A DNA stretch of 64,000 nt from Phycisphaerae bacterium (GCA_049977145.1 JBMFGW010000005.1:39-64038), one strand, 5' to 3'. Shown: positions 9,772-20,088, numbered from the stretch's first letter. Program-made: numbers and translations. Notes: generated from the letters alone by a model not told the origin.

Positions 9772-10015
9772 AGCAGACGCCGGTGTGGTCCTATTATGTT
9801 TTAGCAATACTGCACGCGCACCGCCAATTTTCGTGCCACAGTACCGCGCGCTTCACGATTAGCCGCGTGGTCTTGCTCGCGCATTTCGCGCGGAAATGGT
9901 GCTCCCTGCCAAAAACGATGGCTACACCCAAGTTTTCGCGCCATATTTCTCTTGGATTCAAAACTTTCGCGTATGGTATTAGAATGATGGGTGATTTGCC
10001 GGATGTGCCAAGGAG

Positions 10016-11569
10016 TTGTCATTGCGTCAGGACTCTCGAGAATTTGCCGTACCATCTTTCGATGATTTCAAAAAATATGCGGCACCGGGTGCCATTGTGC
10101 CGGTGTATGTGCCCATTGCCGGCGATTATCTCACGCCGGTATCCGCGTATCAGCGGTTGCGCGGTGCGTCGGCGTATTCATTTCTTTTGGAATCAGTGGT
10201 GGGGGGGGAGCGTGTGGCACGCTATTCCTTTCTGGGTATGGGGCCGGCGGTGGTGTTCGAAGCACGCGGGCAACAGGTAACCGTTTCGGAACGCTCGGAT
10301 GATTCCAAAATCAGGGCTTCTGTCTTGCAAGCGGTGGATCCGTTGGCGGAGTTGGAAAAGCGTCTGGGGCGGGCCAAAGCGGTGCGCTTGCCCGGCCTGC
10401 CGGCATTCACCGGTGGGGCGGTGGGATATGCCGGGTATGATACGGTGCGTTATCTGGAACCGGAGAAACTCGCCAACCCACCTGAAGACACGCGGCATCT
10501 GCCGGATATTATGTTTGGCATCTATGATGATCTGATCATCTTTGACCATGCAAAAAAAATCATCTTGGTGGTGGCCAATGTCCACGTGGATGATTCCGAC
10601 ACGGAGAACTTATACAGGAGAGCGGTAGCGCGGATTGCCCGGATGATTCAGACGCTCAATAAGCCCGCCCGAATGCATCTGGACATGTTGCAACTCAATG
10701 CGGACGTGACGCCAACATATACCAGCAATTTTTCCCGTGCGGATTTTGAGAAGGCGGTTGCCGCGGCCAAGGAATACATCAAAGCCGGCGATATATTTCA
10801 AGTGGTGTTATCACAATGCCTGAATATGCGGACCCAGGCAGATCCCTTTGATATTTATCGTGCCTTGCGGGTCATTAATCCTTCGCCGTTTATGTTCTAT
10901 CTCAACAGCCCGGCCTGCATGCTGGTAGGTTCATCACCGGAAATTATGTGCCGCGTGGAAGATGGTGTTATCACCAACCGTCCACTGGCCGGCACGCGCC
11001 CCCGCGGTAAAACACCAGAACAGGATGCTGCGCTGGAAGCGGAACTACTGGCGGATCCGAAAGAACGCGCCGAGCATGTGATGCTGGTGGATTTAGGCCG
11101 CAATGACGTGGGGCGGGTATCCGTACCCGGGTCGGTGAAAATCAGCGATGCAATGACCGTGGAGCGGTACAGCCATGTGATGCACATTACCACGAATGTC
11201 ACCGGTAAACTGGCAGACGGTAAAACATGCTTTGATGCTTTGCGTAATACGTTGCCGGTGGGCACTGTCAGCGGTGCGCCCAAGATTCGGGCCATGCAGA
11301 TTATTGATGAACTTGAGCCGACGCGACGCGGGCCCTATGCCGGTGCAGTCGGATATATTGATTACGCCAAAAACATGGATACATGTATTGCGTTACGGAC
11401 CATGGTGATTATGCCGGTAGTAGATGATGCCTCATCACACCACGTGTATGTACAGGCCGGTGCGGGCCTGGTGGCGGATTCCGTGCCGACCAGTGAATAT
11501 CAAGAATCCTTGAACAAGGCGGCGGCCTTGCTGAAAGCGGTGGCGATGGCCGAAGCGGGATTAAGTTGA
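10016..11569 (+). CDS. trpE: Anthranilate synthase component I
   Basis: LLESVVGGE and FQVVLSQ motifs, and a chorismate-binding C-terminal domain (GAGLVADS). AAGGAG RBS at 10009, with a probable TTG start at 10016/10022. Confidence 0.9.
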   Translation: MSLRQDSREFAVPSFDDFKKYAAPGAIVPVYVPIAGDYLTPVSAYQRLRGASAYSFLLESVVGGERVARYSFLGMGPAVVFEARGQQVTVSERSDDSKIRASVLQAVDPLAELEKRLGRAKAVRLPGLPAFTGGAVGYAGYDTVRYLEPEKLANPPEDTRHLPDIMFGIYDDLIIFDHAKKIILVVANVHVDDSDTENLYRRAVARIARMIQTLNKPARMHLDMLQLNADVTPTYTSNFSRADFEKAVAAAKEYIKAGDIFQVVLSQCLNMRTQADPFDIYRALRVINPSPFMFYLNSPACMLVGSSPEIMCRVEDGVITNRPLAGTRPRGKTPEQDAALEAELLADPKERAEHVMLVDLGRNDVGRVSVPGSVKISDAMTVERYSHVMHITTNVTGKLADGKTCFDALRNTLPVGTVSGAPKIRAMQIIDELEPTRRGPYAGAVGYIDYAKNMDTCIALRTMVIMPVVDDASSHHVYVQAGAGLVADSVPTSEYQESLNKAAALLKAVAMAEAGLS

Positions 11570-11915
11570 GCTCGGTGCATGCCAGCCCGAAGGTGTGTAC
11601 TGGCACCAGTTATGAAATTGTAACCGTTAACCCGCAGTTTAGCCCCGAAAACCCTTGATGGTGTTGTATTTTATGAGCCATGATGTGGTTTTTTGGCGGA
11701 AAAGTGTACCCTTGTAATGAACCCAACTTTCCTTGATTTTCGAGGGTGCTTTTTCCAGTGCCAAGAAGTTTAAAATCGGTATAGATCGTTATTACAAATT
11801 GATTGGCTGTTTTTTTTGTGGGGTGGAGGATATACTTTATCCGTAGTTAAGCTCGTGGTGAGCTTGGTCGGCCGAATGGTCGTAAACAATTACTCCAATT
11901 GGAAAGCAACTGTAT

Positions 11916-12665
11916 ATGGATCAATTACTTCTCAATAAAACAGCCATTATTACCGGTGCCAGTGCGGGTATCGGCTGGGCCACAGCTTATGAATTGGCCC
12001 AGCATGGAGCTCGTGTCGTACTTACCGCCCGGCGTGCGGACCGCTTAACGGAGCTGGCCGAAAAAATTAAGACCGATGGCGGACAAGCCTTGCCCGTGGT
12101 CGGTGATGCCGGTGATAAAGCGCATCTTGACCAATTACTGGCCAAGGCGATCCAATGGACGGGCCGCCTAGACATTGTGGTGGTCAACGCCGGTCGCGGT
12201 TTGGCAGGCGGAGTGCTGACCAGTGATGAAACGCAATGGGAAGCGCTGTATAAACTCAATGTTCTGGGGGCGGCGCATCTGATGCGCGCCGCAGCAAAAA
12301 TAATGGTGGAAACCAAGAGTGGAGATATTGTTGCCCTTGGATCAGTGGCCGGCCATAATATTTCCCCGTACAGCGGCTTTTATGGTTCCACCAAATGGGC
12401 CATTGCCGCAATAGCGGAATCTTTACGCCGTGAAGTGTGCGGGCAGGGGGTGCGCGTTACAACCATCAAGCCCGGCGTAGTGGAAAGTGAATTTCAGGCC
12501 GTCGCGGGGTACACCTACGAGAATTTTACAAAATCCATCGTCCGATTCGGGAAGGTGTTGGCTCCGGGCGATGTGGCCAGGGCGATTGGTTTTGTGGTCA
12601 GCCAGCCGCCGCATGTGCATATCAATGACTTGGTGCTCCGCCCGACCGGGCAGGATTATCCATAA
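11916..12665 (+). CDS. Short-chain dehydrogenase/reductase (SDR) family oxidoreductase
   Basis: TGASAGIGWATA Rossmann motif, NAG motif, YxxxK (YGSTKWA). Confidence 0.8.
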   Translation: MDQLLLNKTAIITGASAGIGWATAYELAQHGARVVLTARRADRLTELAEKIKTDGGQALPVVGDAGDKAHLDQLLAKAIQWTGRLDIVVVNAGRGLAGGVLTSDETQWEALYKLNVLGAAHLMRAAAKIMVETKSGDIVALGSVAGHNISPYSGFYGSTKWAIAAIAESLRREVCGQGVRVTTIKPGVVESEFQAVAGYTYENFTKSIVRFGKVLAPGDVARAIGFVVSQPPHVHINDLVLRPTGQDYP

Positions 12666-12719
12666 TTTTTGGCAATCGCAAATTGCCGAGGCTACGGCCA
12701 AGGGTTATCGTTATCGCCC

Positions 12720-14417
12720 ATGAAGCGGACGCTGTTGATTCCATCTTTGGTGCTGTTAATCGTCGGAGCAATGTGTTTTTATATCTCCACACCCCATCGA
12801 CAGGGGCACAGTGCCATCAACTTTTGCGAAGCCGGGCAGATTCACACATTGGACCCGGACAAAATGACCTGGATGCAGGATATCCGGCTGGCTATGGGAT
12901 TGTGGGAGGGGCTGGCCCAGTATAATCCGAAAACCCTCCAGCCGATTCCCGGTGTGGCTAAGTCGTGGAACATTTCCCCGAATGGGTTGATCTATACTTT
13001 TCATCTGCGTCACAACGCCCGCTGGTCCAATGGCCAAAAAGTTACCAGTACGGATTTCCTGTTTGCGTGGAAACGCTTGCTCCATCCATCCACCGCGGCA
13101 GGTTATGTGACCATGTTGTTTCATATTGCCGGCGCACGAGCATATTTTAATTCCCTGGCGACTGGTACGCGGCGGCACTTGCCATTCTCCAGTGTGGGCG
13201 TCAAGGCACCAAATCCCCGCACATTCGTGGTAACGCTGGCGCATCCGTGCGGATATTTTCTTTCATTAATGGCTTTTCCACCCTTCTTTCCCTTGAACCC
13301 GGCGGCCATGGCGCGGTTCCGCACCGCAGCGCATGAAACGGTTCCCACCCATTACAATCCGCGCTGGACCCGCCCTCCCTATCTGGTTTCCAATGGCCCC
13401 TACTATCTGGCTGCATGGAAATTTCATCAATACCTGGAACTCCGCCCTAATAAGTATTATTGGCAGCGGAAGACCGTGGAATGTGCAACGCTGTATGTGC
13501 GTAATTTTCCCGATACCCAATCCGCCTTTCTGGCCTATCAAAGTGGAGCCGTGGATGTGCTTTCGTTTGTGCCGCCACGATTCGCGCCCGCATTGCTGCG
13601 CCAGGAGCGGCGGCACCTGCGCGATGATGTTCACTATCGTCCGGTATTTGGATCCTATTATTACGACATCAATTGTCGGCATAAGCCGCTGAATGACCCG
13701 CTGCTGCGCCGGGCGCTGGATATGGCCATTAATAAGCGGGCGATTGTGAAGCATATTCTGCGGGTGCCGGATCGACCACTGGAGGTGCTGGTGCCGCCGG
13801 ACAGTATTCCCGGTTACCAAAGCCCGCATGGATTGCCGATGGATATTGCGGCGGCGCAAAAATTGCTGGCGCAAGCGGGTTATCCCGGCGGTCAAGGGTT
13901 GCCCATATTCAAGTTCCTGACCAACAGCGGATCGGCCCTCAATATACGTATTGCGCAGGCTATTGCCGAGATGTGGCGTAAAAATCTGGGCGTACGTATC
14001 AACATTCATGAGGAAGAAAGTAAAATTTTTAATCAGGATGTGGTGCAGGGCAATTATGACATCGCCCGCGCCGGATGGTATGGCGATTACATGGATCCGA
14101 CCACTTGGCTAGACTTATTCCGTACCGGTAATCCAAACAATCTCACCGGCTTCTCCAATCGACGACTAGATCAACTCCTGTATCAGGCATCCTGCCAAGC
14201 CGATGCGGCACGACGTCTGGCCCTGTTACATGATGCGGAAAAACTGCTGGTCACACGCTGGATGCCGGCGATTCCGTTATTCCAGTACAGCGACGGCCTG
14301 ATGTACGATCCAAAACGCATCGGCGGCATAGCGACCAATATCCGTATGATAACGCTATTAAAATACATCCACTGGATTCACCCTCCGCTATCGGCGATGG
14401 CGGAGGGCCGACGATGA
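12720..14417 (+). CDS. ABC transporter substrate-binding protein, family 5 (peptide/nickel, Opp/Dpp-like)
   Basis: Signal peptide MKRTLLIPSLVLLIVGA, about 565 aa, SBP_bac_5-like architecture. Confidence 0.7.
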   Translation: MKRTLLIPSLVLLIVGAMCFYISTPHRQGHSAINFCEAGQIHTLDPDKMTWMQDIRLAMGLWEGLAQYNPKTLQPIPGVAKSWNISPNGLIYTFHLRHNARWSNGQKVTSTDFLFAWKRLLHPSTAAGYVTMLFHIAGARAYFNSLATGTRRHLPFSSVGVKAPNPRTFVVTLAHPCGYFLSLMAFPPFFPLNPAAMARFRTAAHETVPTHYNPRWTRPPYLVSNGPYYLAAWKFHQYLELRPNKYYWQRKTVECATLYVRNFPDTQSAFLAYQSGAVDVLSFVPPRFAPALLRQERRHLRDDVHYRPVFGSYYYDINCRHKPLNDPLLRRALDMAINKRAIVKHILRVPDRPLEVLVPPDSIPGYQSPHGLPMDIAAAQKLLAQAGYPGGQGLPIFKFLTNSGSALNIRIAQAIAEMWRKNLGVRINIHEEESKIFNQDVVQGNYDIARAGWYGDYMDPTTWLDLFRTGNPNNLTGFSNRRLDQLLYQASCQADAARRLALLHDAEKLLVTRWMPAIPLFQYSDGLMYDPKRIGGIATNIRMITLLKYIHWIHPPLSAMAEGRR

Positions 14418-15331
14418 AAAAATTTATTCTCTCGCGCTTGCTGCACTCCGTGGTTGTGGTATGGCTGGTATATACTGTGACCTTCTGGCTGCTCATGGCC
14501 ACGCCGGGGGATCCATTTATCGGGAAAAAGCAGCCGCCGCCGGCGGTGCTGGCGGCGTTGCGACAAGAGTACCATCTTAATGAAGGTGCTTTTCATGCCT
14601 ATCTCGCCTACGGTTGGCAGGTGCTCGCACACGGCAACTTTGGTCCGACCATCAGTTATGCCAACTGGACCGTGCTTGATGTGATCCGCAACAGCCTGCC
14701 GGTATCGGTGGCCTTGGGTTCCATGGCGTTACTTATGGCGCTTTGGCTGGGAGTGGCGGCAGGGGTGCTGGGGGCGGTGTTTCGCGGGCGCTGGCCGGAC
14801 ATTGCCTTAACCGTAGTCGCGCTTTCAGGCGTCAGCTTGCCGACATTTGTGATCGGGTCAGGGCTGCTGATGCTATTAGCCGTGGAAACTTCGCTGCTGC
14901 CCTCCGGTGGTTGGGGTACGCTGCAACAATTAATTTTGCCGGCGTTTACCTTGGCCGTACCATTTCTGGCGTATATAAGCCGTTTATCCCGCGCCAGCAT
15001 ATTGGATGTTATTTCCGCTGATTTTGTACGCACCGCGCGGGCTAAGGGATTATCTCCCATGAAAGTAATCGCTGGCCACGTTTTGCCCAATGCGTCCATT
15101 ACAGTGCTGGCATTTTTAGGCCCGGCCACCGCCAGTGTATTAACCGGCTCTTTTATTGTGGAGAAAATTTTTGCCATTCCCGGCTTGGGCGAGGTGTTTG
15201 TCAATGCCTGTCTGGACAAGGATATTCCGCTGATTCTAGGTATTGTATTAGTCTACACCGTTCTTCTGGTTTTGATGAATTTGCTGGTGGATATTGCCTG
15301 CGCCATGGCCGATCCACGGATACGGTTGTGA
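14414..15331 (+). CDS. ABC transporter permease (DppB/OppB type)
   Basis: Six predicted TM helices, an EAA-like loop (ARAKGLSPMKVIAGHVLPNA), and an ATGA overlap with the SBP gene. Confidence 0.8.
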   Translation: MKKFILSRLLHSVVVVWLVYTVTFWLLMATPGDPFIGKKQPPPAVLAALRQEYHLNEGAFHAYLAYGWQVLAHGNFGPTISYANWTVLDVIRNSLPVSVALGSMALLMALWLGVAAGVLGAVFRGRWPDIALTVVALSGVSLPTFVIGSGLLMLLAVETSLLPSGGWGTLQQLILPAFTLAVPFLAYISRLSRASILDVISADFVRTARAKGLSPMKVIAGHVLPNASITVLAFLGPATASVLTGSFIVEKIFAIPGLGEVFVNACLDKDIPLILGIVLVYTVLLVLMNLLVDIACAMADPRIRL

Positions 15332-15358
15332 TGTTTTACACATCACAACCACGAACGG

Positions 15359-16147
15359 TCAATAAAGCTCAACCTCTTGCTTCATATCACCCTGACCCGT
15401 GGCGGAATTATAACACCATTGCACCGTCCATTGAGTATCCGCAATAGTTGACTCCATCGGTGGTTTGCAGCGCAGTGGCCGAACACGCCATTGCGGATTA
15501 ACTGTGGCGCTGGGCAATGGTTGGACCTGCCAGCGGGTAATGGCCAGACATTGTTCCTGTATTTCCCATGGCGGACGGGCCAGCAACCCGCACACACCAC
15601 CGGCTGCCGCTGCCAGTTGCCAACGCCGACTTGCGGCGATGTCTGCTCCGGCGGCATCAGCAATTACTACCGCCGCCGCATTTGATCGCAGGGTTTGGTC
15701 AATAGCCCACAGGTGATCTGATCGGTTTGATAAATCAAGAAATATGCAGCGTTTAAGCAAACTATGATCAGGTAGAATGGCAGCCAAGATTTGAATGGTG
15801 GGTTGAAAATGTGGGCCGCCAATCCAGAAAAGATATTTCTGTTCGGATTGACTTAATATCCGGCCCGCCATCCAAGCTATGAGCGTCAGTGCTGCAGGCC
15901 ACCATCGCCGACCCAATGGCCGAGTTATGGATGGATGTTCCGATTTCGAATAGTTCAGGTTCGACCGGTCACCATAAAACCATTCATGAATGCCGCTACA
16001 AAGTTCCGGCAGGGGGGTGACAGAGTGATCACCGTGACGACATGTCGGTGCGGCGGCGATATGTGATATCACGGATTGCGGTTCCATTCGCTTGATAATT
16101 CGTGCGGAATCCTGCACCAAATCCGCAAAGATAATTGTTTTTGCCAT
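15359..16147 (-). CDS. imuA: ImuA-like (SulA/RecA-fold) translesion-synthesis accessory protein
   Basis: LWAIDQTLRSNAAAVVIADAAG...SRRWQLAAAAGGVCGLLARP...TRWQV fits the ImuA pattern as I recall it: LWA.E.AL....L..V..E....RRL.LAA..GG..GLLLR. AGGAGG RBS 7 nt upstream. Confidence 0.5.
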   Translation of the reverse strand: MAKTIIFADLVQDSARIIKRMEPQSVISHIAAAPTCRHGDHSVTPLPELCSGIHEWFYGDRSNLNYSKSEHPSITRPLGRRWWPAALTLIAWMAGRILSQSEQKYLFWIGGPHFQPTIQILAAILPDHSLLKRCIFLDLSNRSDHLWAIDQTLRSNAAAVVIADAAGADIAASRRWQLAAAAGGVCGLLARPPWEIQEQCLAITRWQVQPLPSATVNPQWRVRPLRCKPPMESTIADTQWTVQWCYNSATGQGDMKQEVELY

Positions 16148-16162
16148 CCGTGTTCCTCCTAT

Positions 16163-16188
16163 GTTAATTTTATGTTAGCATTTTGTTA
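16163..16188 (-). promoter_or_regulatory. Triple direct repeat GTTA-N7-GTTA-N7-GTTA (11-bp period) directly upstream of the imuA RBS; candidate operator (SOS-box-like)
   Basis: The sequence reads aTGTTAatttTaTGTTAgcattTTGTTAgg. The architecture resembles the alphaproteobacterial GTTC-N7-GTTC LexA box. Confidence 0.3.
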
Positions 16189-16334
16189 GGTATTAAGTCA
16201 AGCCTGCCGCCATATCAACCAGATGTGCCCCTATTTTTAGTAAACGGTGGTAATCGGCGTAACGCGGGCCTTGGTGCCGTACAGTTAGACGTTTCTGCTA
16301 AAAAGTAAGGTTATACAGTACCAACCCGTGGTCC

Positions 16335-18392
16335 TTACCATGCGGGCATATATGGTTTTTCGGTCGATTTTGAAGATGGCTCAGGTTTAGAAACAACTTT
16401 ATTTTTGGGGATGCGGGCACCGGCTGCGGTCATTGGCGGGGCCGGTGGAAACAGTTTGCTTTTTATTTGTGCCGCTGACACAGTCTCATTATCGGCAGGT
16501 ATATCTTGGCCTGCGGTTTCCAAAGCCCGCACAATAGTGAACAATGGGGTGATTTCCACTCGTTGGTGCCAATGCAGAATCGCCACTATTTGCTCGCCTG
16601 CAGAAACCCGTGTGGCATTTTTCAGCGGTAACCGTACCGTGACACAGTTACCACTATGAATCGGACCAAAAGGGACCGTTCGACTGATTTTCCAACCCGT
16701 CGTGGGATGCGTAATAACTGGAGATACCGCCAGTAAAATGGTTCCCCGAAATCGCCCGACTCGCGCGTTACGGATCAACAGTGTTATGACTGGTTGGCCT
16801 TTATGTTCTAATTTGGAAACCGCCGCTGTCACACACGCCGGTGGAAGACCTTTAATCTCCGCCGTGCGAATGGCCGCCGCTAAATTTGCGGGCGAACCGG
16901 GATAGGTTAGAAAATACACCTGCTGATTCAATGGAATCTCCTGCCAACCGGGATAGGGTGTTGGCATGGCTAATCCGGTATTACCGCGCGTGCGCATCAG
17001 GCCTTCTGCATCAATCACAATTATTTTCCCATGCGGAAATTGACCTGGATGCGGCATCGCGGCCAACAGGCGTTTCCATCCGATAATGCCCTGTGCCACC
17101 GCAGTCCGCCAGATATTTTCCTTGACCATAAGGGGAGGCTGCATTTGCCATGCGTTCCAAATTTGATCTTTGACCCCGCCTCCACCCAACCCGGATATTA
17201 CAGCGCATGCCCCGTAAGCCTGCTGAAATACTGCGGCCAACAGGGGCAAATGTGGATGTACACTTGTAAGTAATTTTCCCGCACCCAATACATGCACAGT
17301 AAAATTATTTTTTCCGGCGGCGACAGGGACATACCGCGCCGCCGCCGCCAGGAATAAGGTTGGATCAGGTACGTTGCTGGTGAAATTCATCACGGATGCA
17401 GCGCTGGTTGCTGGAAGTATCATTACGGGCAAGGCCACCCCCGAACGCTGCAACTCATGGCTCAAGCGCATAGACTCGCGGGTATCTGTTAAGGCTACTC
17501 CGCCAATCATAGCGCTGAATGCTACAGCGCCTTTACCGGCCCTGATGACATCGGGTGTTGCGAATAAGATCGCAGAGGATTTCATAATCCGCAAGGCTTT
17601 ATGGATTGAGGTAATCAGAGCCACCGCCTCCGACGCGGTGGAAGCGGTTGGCACACCGGAATATCGCACTACCACCGCTTTATTTACACATTGCAGTGGA
17701 CTCAGGCAGGACCAGATTGTTCCGCTATGAATTTCCCTGTTACGCTGCCAGCCGTGATCGGGTATCGTAAATACCTCAATAAGATCTGCACCCGCGTGCT
17801 GCAGGTGCAATGCGAGTGTGTGGTTGAATGTTCGAAAATCCGCAATGCTGTCATCCACTCTGGTGATATTCAATAAATAATGGCGGATTCCAGTTTCGCG
17901 GACGTAGCTGGCGATTAGCCCAACAGGATGGGGTTGCAAAAACGAAGGTGGCAATGGCGCCATCCATGGATTGACGGCACCGGGCAAACCGGCGGCGGGG
18001 GTATAGATGCACCGTGGCGGCTGAAATCTTGCGTCATCCGGAACCACCGCACCATGCCAGAGCAATTGATAGTGCCCGATCCCAGGCAGGGTTTCCGGCA
18101 CGGTAATGCGAACCATCTGCCCGTCGGCCAACACAGTAGGGCGGATCGGTGTGGTGGCCAGCAGGATGGCTTTTTCTCCGTTCCCGGTCCGGAGCACCCA
18201 ATGCAAATTACCTGCCAGTGTTTGCGCAACGGAGTCCGAGTTTACCACGCGAATATTCAGAGTGGTCCGATTGCCGACATGATATAAACCCGACGGATGG
18301 CTTTGACCGGTCAGATACATTTGCAATGCCGCGCCAGTAGCCATATCCGCAGTCGATGCCAGTATAGCCAACATAATCCCAAAGATTCTCAT
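16335..18392 (-). CDS. Large exported hypothetical protein (686 aa from MRIFGIMLAILAS signal peptide)
   Basis: Long ORF, N-terminal signal peptide, no recognisable catalytic motif. Confidence 0.55.
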   Translation of the reverse strand: MRIFGIMLAILASTADMATGAALQMYLTGQSHPSGLYHVGNRTTLNIRVVNSDSVAQTLAGNLHWVLRTGNGEKAILLATTPIRPTVLADGQMVRITVPETLPGIGHYQLLWHGAVVPDDARFQPPRCIYTPAAGLPGAVNPWMAPLPPSFLQPHPVGLIASYVRETGIRHYLLNITRVDDSIADFRTFNHTLALHLQHAGADLIEVFTIPDHGWQRNREIHSGTIWSCLSPLQCVNKAVVVRYSGVPTASTASEAVALITSIHKALRIMKSSAILFATPDVIRAGKGAVAFSAMIGGVALTDTRESMRLSHELQRSGVALPVMILPATSAASVMNFTSNVPDPTLFLAAAARYVPVAAGKNNFTVHVLGAGKLLTSVHPHLPLLAAVFQQAYGACAVISGLGGGGVKDQIWNAWQMQPPLMVKENIWRTAVAQGIIGWKRLLAAMPHPGQFPHGKIIVIDAEGLMRTRGNTGLAMPTPYPGWQEIPLNQQVYFLTYPGSPANLAAAIRTAEIKGLPPACVTAAVSKLEHKGQPVITLLIRNARVGRFRGTILLAVSPVITHPTTGWKISRTVPFGPIHSGNCVTVRLPLKNATRVSAGEQIVAILHWHQRVEITPLFTIVRALETAGQDIPADNETVSAAQIKSKLFPPAPPMTAAGARIPKNKVVSKPEPSSKSTEKPYMPAW

Positions 18393-18598
18393 AGATTTAA
18401 TTCTAGCGCCGATTGACAAAGTTGGCGAGATCTGTGGGGCAACGCGTAAATTCCAGTAAGGCGGCGGCATGATTCAGTTGACAGCTTCACTTGGAACATG
18501 TAAAAAGGCCCTACTTACAACGCCGATGAAAGTGCTAACGGCGGCGACCACGCGGGAGTGGTGTTAATTTACCGATGGCACATAAGTTGGAACGCCAC

Positions 18599-19984
18599 AT
18601 GAAAATATGGAATTATCTACTGGCGGTAGCACTGCTCTTGATGGTTTTTACTTCACCGGCGTTGGCCGCCAAGCAGAAATTCTTTCTGAAAAATGGTGAT
18701 CGCGTTTGTTTTTATGGGGACAGCATCACTGAACAACGCTTCTACCCCGCCGATGTGCAAACGTATGTCTTGACGCGCTTCCCAAAATTGCATGTTCGAT
18801 TCGTGGACGCTGGTGTAGGGGGGGATCGGGTTACCGGCGGATGGGCGGGGCCGATTAATGTCCGGCTTAAACGCGATGTGTACCCATTCAAGCCCAATGT
18901 GGTCACCATCATGCTGGCTATGAATGACGCGGGATATCAGCCGTTCAATAAGAATCTTTACCACATTTTTACTAAGGGCTATGAACATATTATTCGCACA
19001 CTGAAACGTCACCTGCCGGGGGTGCGAATTGTCCTGCTGGGCACATCCCCTTATGACGATGTAACTCAAAAAGTTGGATTTCCCGGTGGATACAATGCTG
19101 TGCTGATTCGCTATAATGCCTTTGTGCGGCGTCTTGCAGCCAAAAATCACCTTTTGTATGTGGACTTCAATACCCCCATGGTCAAAGTGCTTACAGAAGC
19201 CAACAAAATTAATCCAACGCTGGCCCAGCAGATATTTCCTGGTCGCGTTCATCCCAGCGCGGCGGCGGAAATGATGATGGCCCAAGCCTTGCTCAAGGCT
19301 TGGGGGGCCCCGGCCACCGTTACCAATGTCGCTATTAACGCGACTTCGAACAGCGTGACACACGCAATAAATACCAAAATCAATGGGTTAAAGATTTCGA
19401 ACGGCACATTAGCCTGGACGCAGTTGGACGGATCGCTGCCCATGCCTATCATTGCCCTGCATGAAAACTGGCCGCAGTTTCCATCATGGAATTTATTCCT
19501 GCCGCCGCAACCCAATCCAAAATACACCAACCCGGCTACAGCGTTGATTGACAAACTTTCCGGCTTTACGCATCAGCTCGACCGGGAAATGCTGACGGTA
19601 AAGGGGCTGTCCGCGAATCGATATAAGTTGCTCATTGATGGCAAGCTCATTGGGAAATTCTCGGCCCGGCAGCTTTCATCTGGGATCAACCTTTCCCATT
19701 TTTTCACGCCTATGCTCTGGCAGGCGTATAACGTCAATAACATTGTCTGGGAACAGATTCAGGCTCATTTCGTGGCTTGGCACGGCGTACAAACCATGAT
19801 GGAAAACTACGGATGGCCCAAGCCCAACTTGCCGGTGACCACGGAAAATGATCCCGCCGCCGCCCGCGCTGTAGCCGGTGTGGTCAAAGCGATGAACAGG
19901 CTGGGCAATACCATTATGGCACGGGAATACGTGGCTAATCAGCCCCAGCCGCATCACTATCAATTAGTTCCCATTGGTGGATGA
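18599..19984 (+). CDS. Secreted SGNH/GDSL-family hydrolase with extra C-terminal domain
   Basis: Signal peptide, a GDSIT block-I motif, an MLAMNDAG block, about 460 aa. Confidence 0.7.
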   Translation: MKIWNYLLAVALLLMVFTSPALAAKQKFFLKNGDRVCFYGDSITEQRFYPADVQTYVLTRFPKLHVRFVDAGVGGDRVTGGWAGPINVRLKRDVYPFKPNVVTIMLAMNDAGYQPFNKNLYHIFTKGYEHIIRTLKRHLPGVRIVLLGTSPYDDVTQKVGFPGGYNAVLIRYNAFVRRLAAKNHLLYVDFNTPMVKVLTEANKINPTLAQQIFPGRVHPSAAAEMMMAQALLKAWGAPATVTNVAINATSNSVTHAINTKINGLKISNGTLAWTQLDGSLPMPIIALHENWPQFPSWNLFLPPQPNPKYTNPATALIDKLSGFTHQLDREMLTVKGLSANRYKLLIDGKLIGKFSARQLSSGINLSHFFTPMLWQAYNVNNIVWEQIQAHFVAWHGVQTMMENYGWPKPNLPVTTENDPAAARAVAGVVKAMNRLGNTIMAREYVANQPQPHHYQLVPIGG

Positions 19985-20088
19985 GCGCCTTTCTACCATC
20001 GGCTCGGCGAGGTGCGATTGGCTGTAGGGCGAAGGATGTGGGAAATTCCGGGGTTGTGTCCGTACGGAAATGTAAAAGTAGGGTATTT

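Noticed and set aside
9657-9775. Classic trp attenuator leader peptide
   Set aside because: The 33-codon uORF overlapping the hairpin contains no Trp codons, so ribosome-stalling Trp attenuation is not supported. The hairpin itself is still reported.
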